DNA from: Hyalangium minutum
GTDB lineage: Bacteria > Myxococcota > Myxococcia > Myxococcales > Myxococcaceae
Length of the DNA: 64,000 nt
Direction of reading: 5' to 3'
NCBI RefSeq assembly: GCF_000737315.1
Contig: NZ_JMCB01000009.1
Span: forward strand, 248,001 to 312,000
The stretch's first letter is position 1. The number at the start of each line of letters is the position of its first letter. A program made the position numbers and the translations under genes. Positions 10,179 through 17,509 of the stretch are shown here, one piece after another. Below the pieces are notes generated by a model, which worked only from the letters and a program-made list of their open reading frames with translations, was not told where the DNA came from and searched no databases.

Positions 10179-12275
10179 TCAGCGGTACCAGAACGCTTCG
10201 CCAGCGATGCGCAGCGGCTTGCCCGTGAGTGCACGGAACGCCTGCATGCCGGAGATGACGGCGCCCTCGGCCGCTCCGATGTAGAAGCTGTTGTCGACCC
10301 AATCGCCACACAGGGTCAGGTTCTCGAAGCCCGTGGCGCCCGGCTGGATCCTCGCCTCGCGAGTCCCCGGCAGCGCCAGCGTGTAGCGCTCGCCCGGATC
10401 CACGTTGGCGCGCCAGTACTGGGTGTCGAAGCGCGCCTCCCCAGACCCCTCGTTCGACGGCACCAGCAGCGTCCAGTCAAACACCGGCGGGTTGTTCGGC
10501 TGGGTCGCCTTGGGCCACAGCACGCCGATGTCATTGCGCAGAAAGTTCAGAGCGTTCTGCCGGGCCAGTTCCTTGCGGAGCGCCGGGTAGCCGTGCTCGG
10601 TGGGCGGAGGCGCCACCGTGGGGCCGGGCAGCGGGCCACAGAAGTACGCCACCGTGAGCGGCGCATTGGGCTGGGCCCAGCCCTCGCGGGGCAGCAGGCT
10701 CGTCATGTCCGCCCAGGTGTCGAGCGGCTCGACGTACGCGGTGAGCATGGGGCTCCCCACCGTCCACCCCAGCGCCCGCTGATCCTTCGAGAGCCACAGC
10801 TGGAAGGCCTGCGTCTCGATGGAGGCCACCTCCTGCACCATCTTCCGCCACGCCGGGCTGAGCTCCAGCAGCGTCGGGCACAGGAAGCGCACCGAGCCCA
10901 CCGGGATGCCGAACACCACCTCGTCGAAGTCCTTGCCCACCTCGAGCACGCGCTCGGCCACGTTCTTCCAAGGCGTGTAGAAGGACTCCAGATCGATGTT
11001 CTCCCGGAGCAGCTGCTCACCCTGGACGATCTGATCGTAGTTCGGCTTGTCCGGCCAGCACGGCAGGTTCTTCACGGAGACGAAGGGGTCATACCCCGCC
11101 GCCGGCTCCTTCAGGTCCACCTGCCGGCCGATCCGCAGCCGGGTAACACGAGGCTTCTTCCCAGGACCGCCCTCGGCGATCACTTCTTCGACGCGGTGGA
11201 AGAACTCGAAGCGCACACCGTTCTTCCGGCACACCTCGTAGAGCGGCGCGAAGATGACGTCGCCCATGGAGGCGGTGAACTCGTAGGCCACGTGCCCCTG
11301 GTACGTGAGGCAGATGCGCATCACGGCTCGCAGCGCGCTCCCGGCCGCGATCAGCTGGCGATCCGGATCACCATCCACCATGGACATGGCCGCGTCGTAG
11401 ATGACGCGCGCCAGTGCCGAGCGCAGCGTCAGCGGGTTCGCGCCGTGCCTGGCCAGCCACGCGCGGTAGTCCTGCCCATCCAGGGCATTGAAGCCGTTCG
11501 TGAGGACCTTGTCGGCCAGGATGCCCACGAGGTTGGCGATGAGGAAGTCCAGCCCCACACCCAGCTGGTACAGCAGGAAGTTGGACTCGATCAGGTACGC
11601 CACCTGGTTCCACAGCCAGCGCAGGAAGGTCCGGATCGCCGCCAGGATCGCATCCGCGATGCCCTCGAGCGACACCGCCAACGCCTGCCCCTGCGCTGCC
11701 AGGAGCGCCTGGGAGTGCGCCTCCGCGAGCAGCCGCTCGCCCTCCGCCATGTCCACGCCCTGGGCGACGAGCGAGCCCCCCACTGGCGTCACCAGAGAGA
11801 CGTGCGCCTTCACTTTCCCGAGCAGCTGCTGGGCCACCCGGAGCACCGCCTCGATGATCTCCCAGGTGGTGGGTTCGCGGGTGCTCTCGCCCGGTAGGAG
11901 CGCGTTGGTGGCAAACGGCACCATCCAGCGCTCCCAGCGCCCCTGGAAGAAGTCCTGCATGGCGAGCAAGTCTCTGCCCCGGAAGGCCTCGTCGAAGGTG
12001 GCCAGCGGCATCGTCTTCGGCCGAGCCATCTCCCGGTACGCGTCACGCATCAGCGCGAAGGCGTTCTCATAGAAGCCCCAGAAGATGTGGAGCCCGTGCT
12101 CCTGGATGCGCCCATGAGGGCCCCGGCCGCTGGCGCCCTTGCCGCCCAGGCGCCAGCCCAGCTGGAACACCGTCACGTCGTACTCGGCCCGCAGCTCCGG
12201 AGTCCGGGACAGGTAATACGCCGTGGTCATCGCGGCCGCGCCGCCCCCGAGCACCGCCACCCGCTTCTTCGTCAT
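10179..12275 (-). CDS. FAD/NAD(P)-binding oxidoreductase, paralogue of 8013-10166 (698 aa)
   Basis: GGGAAAMTTA, LGWRLGGKGASGR, EHGLHIFWGFYENAF, LPCWPDKPNYDQIVQG, NLTLCGDW...GAAEGAVISG. Confidence 0.85.
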   Translation of the reverse strand: MTKKRVAVLGGGAAAMTTAYYLSRTPELRAEYDVTVFQLGWRLGGKGASGRGPHGRIQEHGLHIFWGFYENAFALMRDAYREMARPKTMPLATFDEAFRGRDLLAMQDFFQGRWERWMVPFATNALLPGESTREPTTWEIIEAVLRVAQQLLGKVKAHVSLVTPVGGSLVAQGVDMAEGERLLAEAHSQALLAAQGQALAVSLEGIADAILAAIRTFLRWLWNQVAYLIESNFLLYQLGVGLDFLIANLVGILADKVLTNGFNALDGQDYRAWLARHGANPLTLRSALARVIYDAAMSMVDGDPDRQLIAAGSALRAVMRICLTYQGHVAYEFTASMGDVIFAPLYEVCRKNGVRFEFFHRVEEVIAEGGPGKKPRVTRLRIGRQVDLKEPAAGYDPFVSVKNLPCWPDKPNYDQIVQGEQLLRENIDLESFYTPWKNVAERVLEVGKDFDEVVFGIPVGSVRFLCPTLLELSPAWRKMVQEVASIETQAFQLWLSKDQRALGWTVGSPMLTAYVEPLDTWADMTSLLPREGWAQPNAPLTVAYFCGPLPGPTVAPPPTEHGYPALRKELARQNALNFLRNDIGVLWPKATQPNNPPVFDWTLLVPSNEGSGEARFDTQYWRANVDPGERYTLALPGTREARIQPGATGFENLTLCGDWVDNSFYIGAAEGAVISGMQAFRALTGKPLRIAGEAFWYR

Positions 12276-13258
12276 GAACCGCTCCAGAGGAGGTGACCTT
12301 CGTTGAGGCGGAAGTCGAACTGGATCTGCAGCCCTCCGGGAATGAAGAGCTGGCCACGCGAGTCCACCTCCAGCCCCAGCATCTCGGCGAGGGGCTGGGT
12401 GGCCAGCGGCTCGATCTTCAGGCGGAAGCGCCGCAGCAGCAGGCGCAGGCTCCGCAGGTGGATCTGATCCGCCTCCGCGCCCACGATCGCCTGGTAGCAG
12501 GCCCCCGTGCTGTTGCCCACGGCTCGGAACTGTTTGAGGAACACCATCGGCAGCGTGGGCCGCAGCAGGAACTCGATGATCCGCGCGCCGAACTCGAAGT
12601 TGAAGTCCAGCAGCTGGCCCAGCTCATCCCTCAGCACGCCGAGCTTCTGCAGCAGCTCGTCTCCCAGCAACAGGCCCAGCTCGCCATGAGCGAAGGGCTC
12701 GCCATCCGCGCGCTCCAGCGAGAGCACCCGGGCCACCTGGGCCTCCGAGTCCCGGCCGAACGTGCGGTAGGCCAGCGAGGAGATCTCGAACGCGCCGGCG
12801 CCCTGCCCCGAGCCCGGCATGAGCACGGTGGACTGCTGCTTGGGGAAGCCATACAGCTCGCGGCCCCCAGCCACCGCCCACGGGTTGTCCGAGTAGATGA
12901 ACGGGACGAACAGCTCCACCTTCTTGCACAGCTCGTCCGGGCCGTGCTTCTTGTAGTCGCTCACGGCGATCCAGAAGGTGGCCTCGCGCTCGGAGGTGTG
13001 GCCCCAGTCCTGGAAGCCCTCGGCACCCGAGGAGAGCCGGCCCACATGCTGGAACGTAAGCATCACGAACGGCAGCCGGGGGCGGTAGTCCACCGCACCT
13101 CCCGACGGCCCGTTGAGGAACTCGTCACACAGCTCCTGGAGCTTCGACTGCTGGCCTTTCAGGAAGAAGATGTACTGCGTGACGTCCTGGCAGAGACTCG
13201 GCGGGGGGAAGACTTGGAGGGACGGGCTATCGATGTACTTCCTCCCCGGGGGAGTCAT
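12272..13258 (-). CDS. Acetoacetate decarboxylase-like superfamily protein (328 aa)
   Basis: AVAGGRELYGFPK Schiff-base-lysine motif; C-terminal VFLKQFRAV...CYQAIV; ATGA overlap with the downstream gene. Confidence 0.8.
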   Translation of the reverse strand: MTPPGRKYIDSPSLQVFPPPSLCQDVTQYIFFLKGQQSKLQELCDEFLNGPSGGAVDYRPRLPFVMLTFQHVGRLSSGAEGFQDWGHTSEREATFWIAVSDYKKHGPDELCKKVELFVPFIYSDNPWAVAGGRELYGFPKQQSTVLMPGSGQGAGAFEISSLAYRTFGRDSEAQVARVLSLERADGEPFAHGELGLLLGDELLQKLGVLRDELGQLLDFNFEFGARIIEFLLRPTLPMVFLKQFRAVGNSTGACYQAIVGAEADQIHLRSLRLLLRRFRLKIEPLATQPLAEMLGLEVDSRGQLFIPGGLQIQFDFRLNEGHLLWSGS

Positions 13259-14064
13259 CAGTTCTCCTTCTTGCCTCGCCAGTTGAGCGGCTTGGGCATC
13301 ACGAACCGCGCCTTGGGCAAGTATTGCACCACCTGCGGCGTGAAGCGCATGTCCACAAGATCCTTGCCAAGCACGCTGTCGCTGGACAGAGCGAACTCAT
13401 CCCCCTCGCCAAAGAGGCGAATGTTCGTCTCGAACTCGAAGTGCATCACGTTGCGCGTCTGGAATACCTCCTTGGGGGTAACGAACCCGAAGGTGGCCTT
13501 CATGGGCGCAAGCGGGCTGTCCGGCAGCCGCACCCGGCCCATGGCCACGCGCTTGCCGTCGCACGACACGTTGAACCGGCACACGCCTCCGGAGAACTGA
13601 ATGTCCACCGGCTGCGGCGTGGGGTGCTTGGCGTGCCCATGCACCTCGCGGCCGAAGTCGATGGGCACCTGCTCGTTGAGGATCAGCTTGTGGCAGTAGA
13701 TGGTGGCGTCCGGGAGCGAGCCCGCCTGCAGCAGCTCCATGGGCGAGTGGGCCACGGCCTCCAGCGTCTTGAGCGAGGCGGGGAAGCTGAGGATGAACTC
13801 CTTGTACGGCCCGCACGAGGTGTCGTGGTAGTCGGCGATCCACAGGGCCGCGGCGCACTTGCCTCCCCCCACGGAGACCGGCTGGTAGCGCTGCCCGGCC
13901 ATCAATCGGCGCACAGCCTCCAGGTCCGCAGGCCCGTGCAGCACCAGGAAATCCACCGAGCGGCACGTGTAGGGGATCTGGCTCACCACCCCCGAGGACA
14001 GCTCGTACTCCTCGGTGGGGGGATAGGCATCGAACAGGGACTGGCCAGGCTTTTGCGTCTGCAT
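13258..14064 (-). CDS. Acetoacetate decarboxylase-like superfamily protein (268 aa)
   Basis: IADYHDTSCGPYKEF and PIDFGREVHGHAK resemble the ADC GPYxE and GRExxGxPK motifs; TGATG overlap with the next gene. Confidence 0.7.
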   Translation of the reverse strand: MQTQKPGQSLFDAYPPTEEYELSSGVVSQIPYTCRSVDFLVLHGPADLEAVRRLMAGQRYQPVSVGGGKCAAALWIADYHDTSCGPYKEFILSFPASLKTLEAVAHSPMELLQAGSLPDATIYCHKLILNEQVPIDFGREVHGHAKHPTPQPVDIQFSGGVCRFNVSCDGKRVAMGRVRLPDSPLAPMKATFGFVTPKEVFQTRNVMHFEFETNIRLFGEGDEFALSSDSVLGKDLVDMRFTPQVVQYLPKARFVMPKPLNWRGKKEN

Positions 14065-14208
14065 TGGGGGAACCTCTCGACCGCGCCGAAGTGCGCCAGA
14101 GCACTCTAGCTTTGCTCCGCGCCGCGCCTCGATAGGTCCCCAGGGCGCAGCGCTTGAGCGTTCCCCGACAGCCCGGCCGAAGTTTCTCGGAATCCGAGGG
14201 TCTCCGCT

Positions 14209-16212
14209 CTACCAGGCGCTCTGCGCGGAGAGCGCGGCCCCGATCTGAGGAGTCTCCTGGTTCGAGTTGCTCGACGAGGAGGAGGAAGGCGCCCGCGAGG
14301 AGCTGAGGAAGCCGGTGCGGCGGTTCACCACGTCGTGCACGGCCATGGGCTCGCGGAGGCTGGGCAGCGTGCGCTCGCCGGCGGGGCGGCACTCGAAGTC
14401 CAGCCGCACGCGCTGGCACATGCGCTCGCTGATCAGCACCTCGCCGCTGACGGCCATGGCGGACAAGCGCACGGCGTTGTCCACGGGCAGGCCCACCATG
14501 GCGTAGTCCAGGCGTCCCAGCTCCGGCCCACCAATGCCGCCCACCACCACTTCACCCGAGTCCACGCCGATGCAGATGCCCTGAGCATACGGAGACTGCT
14601 CACCGGCCTTGTCGACCAGCGACTTGAGCTGCTGCCGGACGCCCATGCACGCATCCAGCGCCTGGCGCAGGTGCTCCTCGCCACGGAACACCACCAGCGC
14701 CGAGTCCCCCATCAGCCGGTCCACCACCCCACCCCGCGAGGTGAGCTCCGGGATGACGGCCTGGAAGTGCTCGTTGAGCCGCTGGATGACGGCGTCCGGC
14801 GGCAGCTGGCGCACCAGGGCGGTGAAGTCCGGGATGCGCAGGTAGACGACGGTGGCGTCGGCCCGCTCGCCCACGAGCGCGCCCGGACCCTGCGTCAGCG
14901 GGCGCAGGCGCTCCAACACGGTGCTCTGGACGAACATGCGCAGCAGGGCGTTCTCCTCGATGGAGCGCATCATCTGCCGGGACTCGGCCACGTGCTTGAG
15001 CGTCTTGCTCAGCGTGGCCTCCAGATCCTGGAAGTCCAGCGGCTTGGTGAGGAAGTCGTGCGCGCCGCGGTTCATGGCGATGCGGATGTTGGCCATGTCG
15101 CTGTAGGCCGAGACGATGATGACCTTGACCAGCGGGTTCACCTCGCCCACGCGGCTCAGGAAGGTGAGCCCGTCCATGCGCGGCATGTTGATGTCGGTGA
15201 GGACGACGTCGATATCCGGGTGCTGGCGCAGCTTCTCCAGGGCGTCCTCGCCGTCCGAGGCGAAGACGAACTGGTAGACGTTGTCGCGGATCTGCCGGCG
15301 GAACGCCTGGCGCATCATCAGCTCCACGTCCGGCTCATCATCCGCCACGAGGATCTTCGCGGCTTGGGGCCGGGCGGCCTGGACGATGGAGGCAAACGTG
15401 GTGGCCAGTTCCTGGGCGGACTGGAAGCGCTTCTCGGGATCCGCGTTCAGGGCGCGGGTGAAGAAGCGGTCCAGTTCGGGGCCCAGCTCGGGCACGTAGG
15501 TGGAGGGCGCGATGTCCGGCGGGTGGAAGCTGCCGTTGAGCAGCCCGCCCACGGACTCCAGCGGGAACGGGTACTTGCCGGTGAGCGCCCGGTAGGTCAC
15601 CACGGAGATGGACCAGAGATCGCTGCGGTGATCGAGCGACAAGTCCCCGCGGATCTGCTCGGGGCTCATGTAGCGCAGCGTGCCCACCATGCCGTCCATG
15701 GAGTCCGGCGTCACCTCAGGGGTGGGCGACTTGCGGCGCACCAGACCGAAGTCGAGGATCTTCACCACCTCCTGGGCGTCGATGCGGGTCAGGAAGAGGT
15801 TGGCCGGCTTCAGATCGCGGTGGATGATCCCTGCGGTGTGCGCGGCCGTCAGCGCGCGGGACACCTGGGTGAGGATCGAGGCCACCTGCGCGGGGGGCAG
15901 CTTCTCGCGGCGCTTGAGGCGCGTCTCCAGGTCCTCGCCCTCGAGCAACTCCATGACGATGAACGGCTCGTCCTTGTCGAAGCCGAAGTCATGGATCTGC
16001 ACCACGTTGGGGTGGCGGAACTGGGCGATGGCCTTCGCCTCTTTCTCGAACTGGAGCTTGGCGCCCTCGGTCGAGAGTCGCTGCGACGTGGTGAGCTTGA
16101 TCGCCACGTGCCGCTGAAGCTGTGGATCGAGCGCCGCCCAGATGGCACCCATGCCACCCCCGGCGATCTTCCGCTCAAGGAGGTACCTACCCCCGACCTG
16201 GCGTCCGGACAT
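14209..16212 (-). CDS. Ser/Thr kinase - receiver - class III nucleotide cyclase-like fusion
   Basis: Likely start ATG 16212 (MSGRQVGGRY; ORF extends to 16296). Kinase: IAGGGMG, VAIK, HRDLKPAN, DFG, MSPE. Receiver: ADDE, LTDINMP, FLTKP. Cyclase-like: DRLMGD, GICIGVDSGEVVVG. Confidence 0.9.
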   Translation of the reverse strand: MSGRQVGGRYLLERKIAGGGMGAIWAALDPQLQRHVAIKLTTSQRLSTEGAKLQFEKEAKAIAQFRHPNVVQIHDFGFDKDEPFIVMELLEGEDLETRLKRREKLPPAQVASILTQVSRALTAAHTAGIIHRDLKPANLFLTRIDAQEVVKILDFGLVRRKSPTPEVTPDSMDGMVGTLRYMSPEQIRGDLSLDHRSDLWSISVVTYRALTGKYPFPLESVGGLLNGSFHPPDIAPSTYVPELGPELDRFFTRALNADPEKRFQSAQELATTFASIVQAARPQAAKILVADDEPDVELMMRQAFRRQIRDNVYQFVFASDGEDALEKLRQHPDIDVVLTDINMPRMDGLTFLSRVGEVNPLVKVIIVSAYSDMANIRIAMNRGAHDFLTKPLDFQDLEATLSKTLKHVAESRQMMRSIEENALLRMFVQSTVLERLRPLTQGPGALVGERADATVVYLRIPDFTALVRQLPPDAVIQRLNEHFQAVIPELTSRGGVVDRLMGDSALVVFRGEEHLRQALDACMGVRQQLKSLVDKAGEQSPYAQGICIGVDSGEVVVGGIGGPELGRLDYAMVGLPVDNAVRLSAMAVSGEVLISERMCQRVRLDFECRPAGERTLPSLREPMAVHDVVNRRTGFLSSSRAPSSSSSSNSNQETPQIGAALSAQSAW

Positions 16213-16438
16213 GGACCACTCACCCGTGCGAGAGCCGGGGAAGTTCCCCGGCGGTGTGATGGAACGGCTGCACGCTCCCCTGTGGAGCAAGTTCATATCA
16301 CCAGCGGCTCGCTCCGTCGCTCTGGGTCCCCTTCACCCCTTGGGGTGAGGTTCGCCCCGGCCGCATCTTTTCATGACGCAGCGCATCCGGCCACCGCCCG
16401 GGGTAGAAAAGGCCTCTACTGCTGGAGGCCTTGAGATC

Positions 16439-17503
16439 ATGCCGATGTCCCGCCTGCGCCGCACCCTGCTCACCGTGATGGGGACACTCTTGATGCTGGG
16501 AGTGACGGGAGGCGTCGTGGGCTGCCACGCCTTCTCCGCGCCCGTGTACCGAGGACCCAAGTCCGACCACTTCAACGGCGAGCAGTTCGTGAACCAAGAG
16601 TCGAGGGAGCGGCGGATGACGTTCCTGGAGTGGCAGCGCACCCGGACCCCGGGGACGTGGGCGGAGTGGACGGATGCGGCTCCGGGCACGCCTCCTCCTC
16701 GCCGCGTGGCACGGGGCGCACTGCGTGTCACCTTCGTGAACCACGCCACCACGCTGCTGCAGTTGGACGGGGTGAACGTGCTGACGGACCCCATCTGGTC
16801 GGAGCGCTGCAGCCCGGTATCCTTCGTAGGGCCCAAGCGCGTGCGTCCGCCGGGCCTGCGCTTCGAGGACCTGCCGCCCATCGACGCGGTGATCCTCAGC
16901 CACAACCACTATGACCACATGGACGTGCCGACGCTGAAGCGGCTCGCGGAGCGATACCCGAACGTGCGCTTCTTCGCGGGGCTGGGGAACAAGGCGTTCC
17001 TGGACTCGAAGGGACTGCCGAACGTGACGGAGCTGGACTGGTGGCAGGAGGTGACACTGGCGCCGGAGGTGAAGCTGGTGAGCACGCCCGCGCACCACTT
17101 CTCCAACCGGGGGCTGAGCGATCGGGACGGCACGCTGTGGACGAGCTACGTGCTGCAGGGTCCCTCGGGGGTGACGTACTTCGCGGGGGACACCGGCTAC
17201 GGCAAGCACTTCAAGCAGGTGCGCGAGAAGTTCGGCCCGGTGAAGCTGGCGGTGCTGCCCATCGGCGCCTACAAGCCCGAGGCCTTCATGGAGGTGGTCC
17301 ACGTCTCGCCCACCGAGACGGTGCAGGCCAGCGTGGACCTGGAGGCGAAGGTGAACGTGCCCATGCACTTCGGCACCTTCAGGCTCGCGGATGACGGGCA
17401 GGAGGAGCCCGTCACCGAGCTGCGCCGGGTACTCGACGCCCGGCCCGAGCCCAAGCCGGACTTCTGGGTGCTCGGCTTCGGCGAGGGCCGGGACGTGCCC
17501 TGA
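16439..17503 (+). CDS. MBL-fold metallo-hydrolase (RomA/NAPE-PLD-like), probably exported
   Basis: LTDPIWSERCSP, SHNHYDH, PAHHFS, FAGDTGY, PIGAY, PMHFGTF; hydrophobic N-terminus ending VVGC. Start uncertain (16373-16445). Confidence 0.88.
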   Translation: MPMSRLRRTLLTVMGTLLMLGVTGGVVGCHAFSAPVYRGPKSDHFNGEQFVNQESRERRMTFLEWQRTRTPGTWAEWTDAAPGTPPPRRVARGALRVTFVNHATTLLQLDGVNVLTDPIWSERCSPVSFVGPKRVRPPGLRFEDLPPIDAVILSHNHYDHMDVPTLKRLAERYPNVRFFAGLGNKAFLDSKGLPNVTELDWWQEVTLAPEVKLVSTPAHHFSNRGLSDRDGTLWTSYVLQGPSGVTYFAGDTGYGKHFKQVREKFGPVKLAVLPIGAYKPEAFMEVVHVSPTETVQASVDLEAKVNVPMHFGTFRLADDGQEEPVTELRRVLDARPEPKPDFWVLGFGEGRDVP

Positions 17504-17509
17504 GCGGGC

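Noticed and set aside
8988-11897. 969-aa plus-strand ORF spanning both flavoenzyme genes
   Set aside because: Antisense shadow rich in H/Q/R/L/V; it crosses a gene junction by chance of frame, and the minus strand carries the real motifs.
14335-16434. 699-aa plus-strand ORF
   Set aside because: Antisense to the kinase-receiver-cyclase gene; no independent domain evidence.
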